A stretch of DNA of 63,973 bases, filler included, from Octopus bimaculoides (lineage: Eukaryota), in the NCBI RefSeq assembly GCF_001194135.2. It is 6 parts of 5 records of this genome, joined end to end, with 100 filler letters (N's around TTAATTAATTAA, not from the genome) between each part and the next. Parts side by side here need not be neighbours in the genome. Positions count along the whole stretch, not along the records: positions 1 to 11,963 come from NC_069007.1; positions 12,064 to 34,964 come from NC_068998.1; 4 more parts are not named here. The stretch is one strand, 5' to 3'. Of this stretch, positions 11,805-25,405 are shown in pieces (the first letter of the stretch is position 1; each line of letters opens with the position of its first letter). The translations under genes and the position numbers were made by a program. The notes beneath the pieces were generated by a model. It did no database searches. It had not been told where the DNA came from and saw only the letters and a program-made list of their open reading frames with translations.

Positions 11805-11900
11805 GACACGCTTCTTTCAGTTTCCGTCTGTCAAATCCACTCACAAGGCTTTGGTTGGTCTGAGGCTGTAGTAGAAAACATTTGCCCAGAACCAAGTGTT
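11805..11900 (-). mobile_element. CORE-type SINE family 2 fragment
   Basis: CTTCTTTCAGTTTCCGTCTGTCAAATCCACTCACAAGGCTTTGG block. Confidence 0.7.
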
Positions 11901-12007
11901 GATGGGGAACAAACACAGTCATAAATACACACACACACATGCATACACACACACACACACACANNNNNNNNNNNNNNNNNNNNNNNNNNNNNNNNNNNNN
12001 NNNNNNN

Positions 12008-12019
12008 TTAATTAATTAA
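12008..12019. other. Artificial scaffold linker TTAATTAATTAA within a fixed 100-bp gap (also at 35009-35020, 41737-41748, 60463-60474, 62639-62650)
   Basis: Identical 12-mer with stop codons in all six frames, centred in 44N+12+44N at each site checked. Confidence 0.9.
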
Positions 12020-12063
12020 NNNNNNNNNNNNNNNNNNNNNNNNNNNNNNNNNNNNNNNNNNNN

Positions 12064-12398
12064 ACCCTCACCTTACTGGCAGCATCTCTGTACATGACTC
12101 GCACAGCTCTCACTAACCATTCTTCTATCCCAAGTTTCCTCATTGACCACCAGGTAAGGGATCGGGGGACCCTGTCAAAGGCTTTCTCCATGTCAACGAA
12201 AGCCAGGTACAGAGGTTTATCCTTAGCTAGGTATTTCTCCTGCAACTGTCTCACTAGAAATAAGGCATCAGTAGTGCTTTTACCTGGCACGAACCCAAAC
12301 TGCATCTCATCTAAATTGATTCGCTCCCTAATTAGTTGAGCTATGACCCTCTCTGTAACTTTCATAACCTGATCTAACAGCTTGATGCCTCTGTAATT
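12064..12398 (-). mobile_element. RTE-clade reverse transcriptase fragment (early RT subdomains)
   Basis: NYRGIKLLDQVMKV...QFGFVPGKSTTDALF...AFVDMEKAFDRVPR, the canonical non-LTR RT motifs. Confidence 0.93.
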
Positions 12399-13139
12399 GT
12401 TTGTATCAAAAAATGTTTGAGGAGTTTAAATCACACTAGTGTATACTTTTTATTCTATTATGTATATGTGAGCCAGTATGTGTGGTGCGTCACTTGTTTC
12501 TCTCAAACCTGACTGCAATGTGAGATTTATGCTCATGTATATAATGGCAGAAGTAGGTGACTTAAGTATAAATATCCCATGGACTGTTGCAGAGAGACAT
12601 ATATTCAATGAAACAACAATACTTAACTAAATTACGCAGCATAGATTAAAATAAATGCTTAGAGGTTAAGTAGTATCTATTTGAAGCATTTTAGTTAACA
12701 GGTTTAAAGTATACAGGAGTGCTTCTAATGTCATGCGAACATTTTACTCTTAGTACACAGGATTTATAAAGGACATTAACTCAACATTTTAGTATTTCTA
12801 ATAATTGAGTGCAGCAATGTCTACACCCATATCAATCACTTGAATAGCGTAAGACATGTTTGATTATGCTCCAGAAAATTTGAATCCAACATTTTTATCC
12901 TTCAATTCCCAGATTCTTTCAGTGAATGATATAACTTGAGCTTTATCACATCTCTTAAAAATATGAAAATGATTATATAATTTTTGCTAAATGCATATCC
13001 AGCTGTATTGATGTAGATAAATGAAGTTAGATTAGTTCAGTTATCACATCTGGAGGTAATATTTCTAGTGAAGCATAAATTATTAAGAGGGTATAGGAGT
13101 TTACTTCTATGATTACACAAGACAGCAAGAGACATCATC

Positions 13140-13310
13140 ATTATTTAACATCCATTTCTGAAGCTGGCATGGGTTGGATAGTTTGACAGGAGTTGACAAG
13201 CTGAGAGCTGTACCAGCCATGTTTGGAATGGCTTCTATGACTGGATGTCCTTCTCAATGCTAAAAACTTTACAGAGTGTACTGGGTTCTTTTTATGTGAC
13301 ACCAGCACAT
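13140..13310 (-). mobile_element. Old copy of the RTE-tailed SINE
   Basis: Diverged match to 1080-1260 (CATGGGTTGGA...CTGGATG(T/C)CCTTC...AGAGTGTA.TGGGT). Confidence 0.55.
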
Positions 13311-13969
13311 GAGAGATTAAACGTGTAAAGGGATAGTGATATGCAATTTGCTGTAGAGGAGATACATAGATATTCCAGTGAGAGAGGAGAGTGATAAAAT
13401 AAAGAGAGCGCACAAGTCTGAGAGTAAGATAGCGAGAATGAGAGAAATGGTGATGGAGATGTGTTGGGACATGCCTTCAAGGAACAGTAGTGGGGGTGAG
13501 AATAAGTGAGGTGATACAGAGGTTTGGACTAGGTGAGTGGGCAGGATAGAGGTGACTGTAGCAAGTGATGGAGAGATATATATGAGTGGCTCAGGGGCAG
13601 AGGTTGAAGTAGCTGTGCAAGGGTATTGAGGGTGACAGCAGACAAGTGGGAAGTTAATGATTTAGAATAGCACAGGGAAGAAAAGGCACAGAAAGGAGAT
13701 GATTGATGGAGACAGCAAGCAGAGAAAGATAATGAAAAATTGAAAGAGGTTTGGGATGGGGAAAAGAAGGTAACTGAGAAAGCAGAGGAATGTAGTATGT
13801 GCTAATTCTGCACGCAGGTGACAGAGAGGTGATGGGTTTTAGGGGATGAAATCTGGGGGAAGTGGTCAATAGGGCGAGACTCTCATAGACATGCATTACC
13901 AAGGTGGTTTTGGGATATCAATTTCGCTGTTGTTGATGGGTCTTCTTGAGCACAGCAAAGCACCATGTA

Positions 13970-14250
13970 TCTCAGACCTTTGCCATTTCCTTCATAAGGC
14001 TCAGCATCTCGAGATCAGTCTTCAATACTTTGTACCATGTCTTCCTGGGTCTCCCTCTTCCACAAGTTCCGGTCACTTTAAGTGATCGGCATTTCTTTAT
14101 ACAACTGTCCCCATCCATACAAACCACATGACCACAATCTTCTCTCTAGCACAATGCATCTGATTCCACTTATGCCCAACTTTTCTCTCAATACACCAGA
14201 GCTCAACCATACATGTACACTGACATTGCACATCCAGTGGAACATCCAGA
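13970..14250 (-). mobile_element. Old RTE LINE C-terminal remnant
   Basis: Minus frames give WMCNVSVH...LREKLGISGIRC...GTCGRGRPRKTW...KTDLEML. Confidence 0.75.
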
Positions 14251-15399
14251 GCCAGGAACTTTCCAGTACCCCTCATATATTAGAGGCAGCAAACAATGTC
14301 AGACAGGCTCAAAAAATAAAATATATTCATTTGCCTAGCTTAGTTTAGTTTAGTTCAAGGTAGACAGATCAGTGTGACAAGTTCAACTGCTTCAAGGTCA
14401 GATATTAACATTACAGGTGTTAGTAGTAGGAATATTAATCTGTTGCCCATAATACCTGTAAGAAGAGTAATAATTAACTAATTAGACCTATTAGATTCAC
14501 CAGTGTTATCCAGGATAAAGCAAGAGTCAGTGGGGATAAAAATGTTGAATTCCAAATTATCTAGAGCAAAACCAAACATGTCTTAGCCTATTCAAATGAT
14601 AGGGTATATAGCCATAGATTTTGCTGCACTGAATTATTAGAAATAATGAAATGTTCAGTTAATGTCCTTTATAAATCCTGTGAACTAAGAGTAAAATGTA
14701 CACATGACATTAGAAACACTCTTTTATGATTTAAACTTGTTAACTAAAATGCTTCAAATGGATACTACTTAACCTCTAACCGCTAAGCATTTATTTTAGT
14801 CTGTACTGTGTAATTTAGTTAATTATTACTGTCTTACTGAATATTATGTAACGCTGGGGGTAATTTATGCTTTAAAATCTTATTGGATATCTATACCTAC
14901 TTGTTAAGTCACCTATTTCTGCCAACAACTTTTTCTCTGATATTATGTAACATAATATCATTTATTATTCTAAGTTATGTACTCTTAATGTAACATTTTG
15001 TAATGTATGTTCAAACCACTTGTAAAATATTTGATAATCCAGTCTATGGCCTCCCTATCTCTATAATCCTTTAATATATACAATGTGTGTCTACATACAT
15101 ACATGTGCATTCGTTTCTGTGCATGTATATATGTTTGTGGGCTTTTGTGTATATTTCGTAGGGATATATGTGTGTGTGTAAGAGACAGAGAGAGAGAGAG
15201 AGAGAGAGAGTGAGTGTATAAATATGTTTGTATGTGTATCTATTTTACAAACAGATGGATAAGAAGGGATGATTGTGTGATGTTGTTGGTCAGTGAAGTC
15301 CATGACACAGCTCCCTGAACTGAGAACATATCTGCTAAGGTTTTGATAACTTTTTAATTACAACCTGCGCCAACGCTAAACCATTTCCTAGATTATTCA

Positions 15400-15725
15400 G
15401 CATCCGTGGCCGTTGCCAGTACCGCCTGACTGGCTCCCGTAGGATTTTCGAGCGAGATCGTTGCCAGTGCCCCTGGACTGGCTTGTGCGGGTGGCACATA
15501 AAAGACACCATTTCGAGCGTGGCCGTTTTCGTGCGGGTGACACGTAAAAGCACCCACTACACTCTCTGAGTGGTTGGCGTTAGGAAGGGCATCCAGCTGT
15601 AGAAACTCTGCCAAATTAGATTGGAGCCTGGTGTTGCCATCCGGTTTCACCAGTCCTCAGTCAAATCATCCAACCCATGCTAGCATGGAAAGCGGACGTT
15701 AAACGATAATGATGATGATGATGAT
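15400..15725 (+). mobile_element. RTE-tailed SINE/non-autonomous element with internal degenerate tandem units
   Basis: Repeated GCCAGT..GACTGGC and GTGCGGGTGRCAC.TAAAA units, then TGGTTGGCGTTAGGAAGGGCATCC and an (ATG)n tail. Confidence 0.8.
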
Positions 15726-15729
15726 TGTT

Positions 15730-15820
15730 ATACACTTGCCCAAGATGCCAGGCAGTGGGACTGAACCCGGAACCATGTGGTTGGTAAGCAAGCTACTTAC
15801 CACACAGCCACTCCTGCGCC
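15730..15820 (-). mobile_element. CORE-type SINE family 2 head
   Basis: Reverse complement of the head seen at 34800. Confidence 0.8.
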
Positions 15821-16339
15821 ATAAACTAATTGAAGTAAACTTTGATTGTATGTTATTTGATTCCTCTGTTCCTGTTTTATGCCAAACCTAATTTCCTACA
15901 TATTAAATGTCGAACTTAAATGAGTCACTAATCCAATGAATGCGGACTTAGTCCAGGTGAATGTTTAAAATTTTATCTGACGTTGGGGGATTACATATGA
16001 TGTAATCTTTTATGACTGCATTAAATAAATAAAATCCTACTGAAACAGCTGTCGTAAATTGTAGTTGTCACTTGTGTTTACTTTTTATACCTACGCCATA
16101 CCAAGGACCCACCCTTGAGTCTAATTTATGGTTTAAATTGCATTTGGCGCTTGCATATCTATGGTACCCCAATATTTGATGTATTCAATGTTGTTTATTT
16201 CAATGTGAGCCCTATGTTATGATACCTAGCCATTTCTGACATCCAACAAGTTGTTATGTCTTGATTTTTACGAAACCATGTAAAATCACAGGTACACACA
16301 CAGATATAAACATACATATATATGCATATATTAACGCAT

Positions 16340-16572
16340 GTGTTATTTCTTTACTACCCACAAGGGGCTACACACAGAGAGGACAAACAAGGACAGACAA
16401 ACGGATTAAGTCGATTATATCGACTACAGTGTGTAAGTACTTATTTAATCGACCCTGAAAGGATGAAAGGCAAAGTCGATCTTGGCGGAATTTGAACTCA
16501 GAACATAGCGGCAGACGAAATACCGCTAAGCATTTCACCTGGCATGCCAACGTTTCTGCCAGCTCGCCGCCT
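16340..16572 (-). mobile_element. SINE family 1, tail variant B
   Basis: Full head and central domain; its tail (…TAGCCCCTTGTGGG.AGTAAAGAAATAA) matches 36405-36470. Confidence 0.88.
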
Positions 16573-16839
16573 CAACATATATGTGTGTGTGTGTGTGTGT
16601 GTGTACATGAGCTTGCTGTGCATTCTGGTGATTTGCAAAAAGCCACTCACCAACCACTACCCATAGAGTGCCTCAGCTACCCCTACACCAACAAAACTTT
16701 CCTGCATACTAAATCCAACATGTTATCCTCTTTTCTCAACATCACTGATTCAGAACCTGCACACAATTATTCTTCCCCAGATGTAAGTCTTTGATAGTAT
16801 CCTGCACATACTTCTGTGGTTTGACCACAGATCAACCTC

Positions 16840-17095
16840 AATCAAACGGTAGCGGTAAAGTTCCTTCCTGAGTCTTAGGGCGGTTTCACGGTTTCCATGG
16901 CGTATATATTCCCCATCTGGATGGGATGCAGATCCGTCGCAGGATAACTCATTTTTGCCAGCTGAATGAACTGGAGCAATGCAAAATCAAGAGTTTGGCT
17001 CGAGAACACAAAGCATCGCCCAGTCCAGTAATCGAAATCCCATTCTTACGATCACGAGTCCAACACCTTAACCACTAAGCCACGCACCTCCACCA
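16840..17095 (-). mobile_element. V-domain-like tRNA SINE (family 4)
   Basis: Minus strand has a tRNA-like head (GGAGGTGCGTGGCTTAGTGGTTAAG) and CCTGCGACGGATCTGCATCCCATCCAG, resembling the V-SINE motif CCTGCGATGGACTGGCxxCCxGTCCAG. Confidence 0.6.
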
Positions 17096-17099
17096 ATCA

Positions 17100-17255
17100 G
17101 ACTTGTGATCAAATGCATTCCAGCTGTGACCATCTCATCAATTTATGTATCAGTGATTATGTTATCCGTTATATTCTGCTTCATTTAAGATGGTATTGGT
17201 TTGATTTGAACGCAATTTGGCTGCTATTTCTAGCAGGTCGAGCAACCAGGTAGGA
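17100..17255 (-). mobile_element. Old interspersed repeat family 5 (other copies ~19800-19995 +, 20050-20215 -, 45190-45375 -, 52870-52975 +)
   Basis: Shared CTAGAAATAGCAGCCAAAT and CAGCTGGAATGC.TTTGAT blocks. Confidence 0.55.
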
Positions 17256-18836
17256 CGTCTCTGAAAGAGAACATCAACCATTGATTTCACCAGTCTGGAA
17301 AGACTTACTGCACTGCAACCCTTGGTAATCAATAAAAAAAAAAACCTGGTAGTACATATAACGAGGGCTGGAAGATTTAAAACACATCAAAGTTTGCAGC
17401 ATATTAGGTCAGGGTATTTGATTCCACGCAAAAAATCCGAGGGGGTTTTTTTGTTGTTGTTTTTTTTTAGTGAAAATCGTACAGGTGAAAGAATCAAATA
17501 ATATCCTTATATTTTTTTTATTTTTCTTTCTTGAAGGAATACCAGAAAATTCTTTTGCATGAATTATTTGCATGCATTCCGCTCACACTTGTTGGGGAAA
17601 AAAAAAACCAAGTGCTTAAGAAATTGTAATTCAAGCAATAAGCATGGTTTCGAGAAACAAGAATCAATCATAAAGCGCGATAAATGGAACGAGATCCAGT
17701 ATTACTTCCGGGTAACCCAGCCAGTCGAAACACAAACCAGCTCATAATGAGAAATGGTGAATGTCATGATGTTTATCTGCCAAACAATTTACAAAGCAAA
17801 AGAGATACACGAGACAGACAATCCAATGAAAAAAGCGGAATTGCTAGAAAGAGCAGCCTAATCTACCTCACTCATACACTACCGTTTTTTTTTCCAAAAA
17901 AAAAAACAAACGATATGTTAACTTATGTAACACACTACCACATCCGACCCATAAGAAATAATTAAAAAAAAAAAGGCTGAAACCTGATAGTTAATCGGGC
18001 TGGTGGAATGTCATAGACCATTGTTCTGCTTGATCAAACAGCATATGTAAGAGAACAAAAAATGGAACAACTCAGTGCTCGCACACTTTTATTTCTCTCG
18101 TTCACCGTCCAATAAAAACTATTGCAGCGAAAACCGAAAAAAGGATCGGATATTAAATAGTGCGTGACAATATTTTCGTCCCGTTTAGTTAGAGATTTCT
18201 GGGTTCAAACCTTGTTGGAGTCGACAAAATAAGTACTCTAACCGTACTGAATATCGATTTTTAAAAAAAATCAATAATACTCCTCCTCTGCAAGTTTATG
18301 GCCATGTGCCAACGTGAACGATGATTATTTTTTTATAAATATGGTAATGTCGACAAAGACCGAGTTACTTTTAATTCGCTTGTCCCACACTGGAGGCAAC
18401 AGTATTTGTTGATTCCTTCCCTCCTAGTCATCTTTCTTCTTGGCTTTTTAATCCTAGTACTTTAAACCTCTCTGAATAATCGTTTAAAGGCAGTCTGTCG
18501 TTATCAGCATCTTAGCCTTTTGAAACTACTTGGAAGGGGTTTCAATTAACCGCAGTAAGAGCTCGTATAAGGAGAGTGGTTGATAAGAGAGGCATAATTA
18601 TTACGATAGAAAGCTGAAAGCACCTATTTTGTTTTCTTATGATGAAATATGGAGAAGGTATTAGAAAGAAAAAAAACTGTCTTTAAAACGACACGTTTGC
18701 GCAGTTTTCTTCAAATTCCAACAGAAGTAACGAAGATCTGACTGCAGCTAAAGGAAGTGGTATGATGATGGTACTGTACTGGTAGCTGCGAAAATATATA
18801 TCATCAACGAACAACTGTGTGTGTATGTATGTGTAT

Positions 18837-18903
<67 letters not shown>

Positions 18904-18924
18904 TGTCTCAGGCCAGCAGTGCTT

Positions 18925-18986
18925 GGGATCTGAAGATACGCTGTAAGGTTAAACCCCTTACGAGCGAAAAACCCAGGGTGACCCCA
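18925..18986 (+). ncRNA. Degenerate hammerhead ribozyme (paralog of 44106-44168)
   Basis: gggat-CTGAAGA-[stem II cgct gtaagg/ccttac agcg]-AAAA-cccaggg-TG-acccc. G12 is mutated to A and position 17 is G, so it is probably inactive. Confidence 0.6.
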
Positions 18987-19197
18987 TAANNNNNNNNNNN
19001 NNNNNNNNNNNNNNNNNNNNNNNNNNNNNNNNNNNNNNNNNNNNNNNNNNNNNNNNNNNNNNNNNNNNNNNNNNNNNNNNNNNNNNNNNNNNNNNNNNNN
19101 NNNNNNNNNNNNNNNNNNNNNNNNNNNNNNNNNNNNNNNNNNNNNNNNNNNNNNNNNNNNNNNNNNNNNNNNNNNNNNNNNNNNNNNNNNNNNNNNN

Positions 19198-19241
<44 letters not shown>

Positions 19242-19373
19242 GGTATGTACATATATATGTATATATTTATATATTATATAATGTATGTGTATATATATAT
19301 GTATGTGTGTATATATATATGTGTGTGTGTGTAGGTATGTACATATATGTATATATTTATATATTATATAATG

Positions 19374-19421
<48 letters not shown>

Positions 19422-19436
19422 GCAAAATTATCACAC

Positions 19437-19474
19437 AAGTTACTCAGAGTTTCACGTTCCCGTTCGTCGGACTC
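19437..19474 (-). ncRNA. Minimal hammerhead-like motif of a PLE terminal repeat (same family as 4236-4328)
   Basis: Minus strand: gagt-CCGACGA-acgggaacgt-GAAA-ctctgag-TA-actt. Confidence 0.55.
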
Positions 19475-22193
19475 ACAGCAGTATAAGTCATTGAACTTAA
19501 TTAATGATTAGCGATTGAAAAATATACATATACTAAAACAACTGCCAGCATAAAAGTAGTGCCATCATAATCACATCCTTTAACTGCAGGCAAGCCAAAA
19601 CAGAGCAAATGAGAGGTGTCAGGCATAATTTGATGAAACGTGTTTTAACATGTCGTTTGTAAAGACATCACTTATTCTATTAGAGGGACACATTGGACGG
19701 GGAAGTCTTCGATAAACCATAAATAAATATAAATGTGATTATGTCGGCTGGAATACTTAATTATAAGCTCTACTCCTGTATGTGTATGCACGAACCAACG
19801 AGGAAACCCCTCATTCAACATGCTTGAAACAGTAGCTAAATCTCTCCCAGATTACATTCTACTGCCTTTACGAAATAGACATATTGAATAATGTAATGAT
19901 GAGTTTGAAAAAAAAAACTGACAGGATGGTCAAAGCTGGAACGCATTGGAACGTATTGAATCTGGGTCTCCTCGATCAGGGCTAACCAACAACAGATACT
20001 TCGTAGTGAAAAGAAAAATCTTGGTGTTGTTTTGTTACTGTTTACCCATGATGTTACTGTTTAACCCCAGGTCGACTCTGATTGCGCAGAGCTGCAATCA
20101 AAGGTATTCCAGCTACCTTTATTATTATTTAGTGTCATTCCATCGTTTAAAACGGTAGGGTGTGTGATAGGAAGGAGAGTTGCTTGTTATTTCTAGCAGA
20201 CTAAGCAACCGCCTGCTTCCGAGTAAGCTCGATCCGGATGTGCTACAATTTGGTCAATGAAAACTTCTTATAGATCTCTTCAGATAATTGGGACATTTTC
20301 TTAATATTAATTACAGGAAGGATGGAGAAGCGAGAATGGAAGGAGATACGGATGAGGAGAGATGGAGGAGGAAGAGGAAAACGAGAGGGGGATGAAAAGA
20401 TATATATGTAAAAAGAAGGTAGAAATAGGTGGGAGTGAAAGAGATGGAGCTGAGCGGTAGTAGGGGAAAGAGAATAAAACCTTGAACAATATAGATAGAT
20501 AGATATACACACACAAACAGAGAAAAAAAAGGAAAGCTTGGTAAAATAGAGTTGTAGTGAGAACAATAAAATATTTTTTAAAAAAACACAGAGGAAGAAA
20601 GGCAAAAACGATATGTAACTCATTACATTTCGTGACATTTAGCATATTAGCTTGCGTATAAGTCGCACCCCGGTTATTTCAGCTAAATCAAGTATAAAAT
20701 AATGCGACTTTACGAGTATAGATCATATATATATATATATATACACACACACATACTTGCATTCACTACTTTTACTACTGAAGTTATTATATATTATTAT
20801 TCGGAAATATTGACTTTATAGTAAAACAATTTATATAGCGTGTGGTTAATTATAACGCTATCAGTCCGAGTTTTGATCTTTTATTGACTCGCCGAACTTC
20901 AATGAGCGAAGTGCTGTTGTTAGCCACGAAAGTAAACCATGGAAACAATTAGATACACCAAAACTTACATCATTTATTTCTTAGATGTCAAAACAACGAT
21001 TTGAAAATGCAGATCATAAAATTTAAGCCTGTTTGATCGTGTGTAGGTGTGTGTATTATCAGTCGAAGGTGCACTAGATATTGCAAATAATGACTAAATG
21101 AACTGTAAAAGTTTTAATTCCACAATTATCTCAACCAAATTTATCATTTTTTTTACAAAACTTATCAGTTGCAGCACAATGCAAATGAACAAAGGTTTTT
21201 GTCTGTTAGCTACGTTCAGGTTTATATTTAAATTAGACATTATTACAAAACAGGTCGTACAAAATCACCTTTATGTTCTGTAGTGGAACCTTTCCAGAAA
21301 CTTACAGACAGACAGACAGATAAGTAGATATAATCAGACCGGGGTTGTTAAACTATTGAATTTAGTTCTCAAAAGATCAACCAACCTTTAAATAAATTCT
21401 TTCGATTCACAGAAGGAAGGAATATCTAAGAGCAAAACATGTTTTTGGAAGGGTAGAAGGTGGATTCTTTTCGCTTTATTAAACTTCAACTAACAGGGTA
21501 TCATATCTTTATTGTTGTGTTTTTTAGTAAGACATACTTTTCTTGTTATATATATCTATGTATATATATGTATGATGTTTATATATATATGTATGTACAT
21601 ATGTATGCTCACATACACATGTAAATGCGTTGTGTTATGACATGTATTATATATATAGCTTGTAAGCATGCACATACATACATATATATCCTAATTTAGT
21701 CACGTTATACGAAACAAATAAGTGCGTGTGTGCTATATATATATATATAGATAGATAGTTGTGTATATATATATAGTCGGGAACGTCCTTACATCATAGC
21801 AACTTGAATAATTTGAGTAATTTTATTTCTATACTAATAAATACAATTTATTGGACCACCAAGTCTCTTGAAGCTTGTACACACAAACACACCCGTATAA
21901 ACTAGTCACTGCAATGTATTTTTAATACCTCACTCACTATTTCCCCCGCTGCATACACCTTCACCGGAGTGAGGGAAAAAATGCACTTTTGCAATCATAA
22001 CATCACACAAAATGGAGATATTTTCGCAATCAATCATCACCATAGTTGCCAGAGCATGTTAAAACACCTTATAATACATCAACCATGTTAGACTGGCAAC
22101 AAACACGTTTAAATGTGATTATGTAACAAAATATGGCATAACTACAGGGTTTTACCCCCCAGACTTTGAGAGTTATGCCCAAAAAATATATTG

Positions 22194-22238
<45 letters not shown>

Positions 22239-22634
22239 NNNNNNNNNNNNNNNNNNNNNNNNNNNNNNNNNNNNNNNNNNNNNNNNNNNNNNNNNNNNNN
22301 NNNNNNNNNNNNNNNNNNNNNNNATAAAATGAATCGTTATAGTTTTCAGATCTATTGTTTCGGTAAAGAATATATATACATATATATGTGTGTAAATAAT
22401 GTTCAATCTCTCTCTCTCTCTCTCACTATATATATATATACACACACACACACACAAACACGTGTGTCTAAATAATGTTCAATCTCTCTCTCTCAATATA
22501 TATATATATATATATATATATGAGTGAGTGATATATATGAGTGTATGTATGTGATAACAAAAGAAAAAGAGAAAGATTGAAAATTTAATTTTTTTGTTTA
22601 CAAAATACAACCAAAGGGAAGTACTCAGAAGATG

Positions 22635-22676
<42 letters not shown>

Positions 22677-23297
22677 TCTTGTAACCGAAAAGTTTGACCA
22701 ATCGGTGTCGTGAAACCAAGAATTAGATGCTTAAATGAATCATGAAAAATTCAGCTTTTATACATATATACACTCACACACATAATACACAAATATATAC
22801 ACACACACATAAATATATATTGTATATCACGCATAACGATACATATAGGACACATTAGAACGTGTTTAACATGGTTTAGAGAAAGAGAAAATACACAGAC
22901 ATATATACATATCTCTCTCTCTCTAGATATATATATATATATATATAAACTGTTTATAACATATAGCATAACATGTTATTGTTAACAATGGAAACTGATA
23001 TAGGAACAACCATCTCCATTTTGTTATGAGGGGGTTTAAATTCTTTCAAAATTAGAAGGGGTTCTTTTTCTTTTTATCCCTTCAGGGTCATGGTGCATGA
23101 TTGAAAAACGGAGGATATTTAATTCGTTTAAATCAGCTTTGATTATAAATTACATTAAAAAACAAAATACATGAGCGTGCCAGTTATATTGCATGTGGAA
23201 GTGTTGGGTAAATCCTTGATCGGAAATTAAATGAGTCAAAGAATATTTACTGAAAGAAGAAAGACATTGTAAAAGAAAGGTTTGTTATGACATACAT

Positions 23298-23332
<35 letters not shown>

Positions 23333-23395
23333 AGTACGATTATTACAAGGGAAAGTGTAGTATGATGTGGTTTATATGTAATGGGTGTTACTCAC

Positions 23396-23584
23396 CTGTA
23401 GATGACGATGCTGAACTAAACACAAAACAGTCATGCCAGCAGAGAAACTGCTGCAGCAACAGAATGAAAGTGAAAAGCTTAAACATAGAGCTGTTCCATA
23501 GACTTCCAGTTTGATCCAACATCTCGGTTAGGAAGACAGGGAAAGTGAATGTCCTAGTTCACAGTTTCTGGCAGCTTTCATCAG
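23396..23584 (-). CDS. Candidate first coding exon encoding a signal peptide (unknown secreted/membrane protein)
   Basis: Acceptor TTTGTCAG before 23584. In-frame ATGs at 23522 and 23486 give (MLDQTGSLWNSS)MFKLFTFILLLQQFLCWHDCFVFSSASSST-G. Strong phase-1 donor CAG|GTGAGT after 23396. Confidence 0.5.
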
Positions 23585-24295
23585 CTGACAAATGTCATTA
23601 AGTCTTATCGAAAATAATCCATTTTGGAATAATTTCAGCCGCTATAGCTACTATATTTGTGCATAGAGATACAGAAATGTGCTACATATACACATTATAT
23701 AAATTTGGTAAGCATGTAGTGTGTGTGTGTGTGTGTGTGTGTATGTGTTTAAACGTGTGTGTTTTTTAAGTGTTTGTGTGTGTATGAGTGTCTAAACGTT
23801 TCTTTGTGTGTATGAGTGTCTAAACGTTTCTCTGTGTGTGTATGCGTTTAAGCGTCTGTGTATGCATATGCAAGTGTTTAAGCGTTCCTGTCAAAACCTT
23901 TGAAGTGTTTAAGCGTCTGCGGCAGTGTTGAAGCAAGTGTTTAAGCGTCCCTGTCCGTGATTGCGCGAGAATTTCAAGCCTTTATGCCTGTTTGTGTGTA
24001 ATATCTACATACATCTATGTAATTTTAGACGTTGGGCTGATCTTTTTTCTCACACAAGTTACACACTATTGACTCACAACTCCCCTGTAACTAATCCTAT
24101 AATCTAAAAAAAAAAAAACACTGAAGACTTATATATAAATTATTCTTATATCACCTACTAAAAGTTTAGATGAAGAAAAAGGAAGAGAAAAAGAAATCAC
24201 TTTTTAAGTTACTAAAACGTACCAACACTATTTACTAGTTAATAAAATAAAAAATATACATTAATACAGCAACTACTATTATAAGGTGATAGTAC

Positions 24296-24480
24296 CTGCC
24301 TGAACCTATATGAAATGTACAGCTTCGTTCTATTAACGAGCATGCGCAGTTTGTCACATCCGGCAAACTTTGCTTACAAGAGTTATCGTTCGTAACTACC
24401 ATGTTATTTTCGATTGAAATTTCGTCTAATAATTCTTCGGTTCGCGTCTTAGTTTCACATAAGTCCTTAATACCCATGTC
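24296..24480 (-). promoter_or_regulatory. Candidate promoter/first exon for the 23.4-kb exon
   Basis: Locally CpG-rich, with GCATGCGCA (NRF1-like) near 24340, CATCCGG, and a donor-like CAG|GTACTA after 24296. Confidence 0.3.
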
Positions 24481-25405
24481 GTGAATTCAGCTGCCAAAAT
24501 TTTATGTGTAGGATGAATTCTCCAAACATCTGTCTGGCACTTCAGCTTCTATTATTTATAAAAAATTATATATATAACGGCGGTGCATCAGCACGGCCGC
24601 AGCTTTCAGCTGAAACTAGAGCAAAAAAAAATATATATATATAGGTGGACATTGGCATTAGACACTGAGGGAAAATGGCTGTAACTTTTTTATTTTTTAA
24701 TTTTGGCGATTTTCGTTTTCGATAATGTGTTCTATATGTCACGGTCATGCGATTCCCCCTTAAAAAANNNNNNNNNNNNNNNNNNNNNNNNNNNNNNNNN
24801 NNNNNNNNNNNNNNNNNNNNNNNNNNNNNNNNNNNNNNNNNNNNNNNNNNNNNNNNNNNNNNNNNNNNNNNNNNNNNNNNNNNNNNNNNNNNNNNNNNNN
24901 NNNNNNNNNNNNNNNNNNNNNNNNNNNNNNNNNNNNNNNNNNNNNNNNNNNNNNNNNNNNNNNNNNNNNNNNNNNNNNNNNNNNNNNNNNNNNNNNNNNN
25001 NNNNNNNNNNNNNNNNNNNNNNNNNNNNNNNNNNNNNNNNNNNNNNNNNNNNNNNNNNNNNNNNNNNNNNNNNNNNNNNNNNNNNNNNNNNNNNNNNNNN
25101 NNNNNNNNNNNNNNNNNNNNNNNNNNNNNNNNNNNNNNNNNNNNNNNNNNNNNNNNNNNNNNNNNNNNNNNNNNNNNNNNNNNNNNNNNNNNNNNNNNNN
25201 NNNNNNNNNNNNNNNNNNNNNNNNNNNNNNNNNNNNNNNNNNNNNNNNNNNNNNNNNNNNNNNNNNNNNNNNNNNNNNNNNNNNNNNNNNNNNNNNNNNN
25301 NNNNNNNATCCGCACCCGGTGGAAAAAGTGAAAAAAAAATAGTGTAGTAGTTGAAGTGCACCTTATATGAAATAAATATGAAGGAAAAAATGCGCTTTGG
25401 CAAAC

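Noticed and set aside
23740-23960. Short repeated units (GTGTTTAAGCGT) with variable spacers, superficially CRISPR-like
   Set aside because: Eukaryotic context, degenerate repeats, spacers that are related or too short, and no cas genes. It is a decayed minisatellite.
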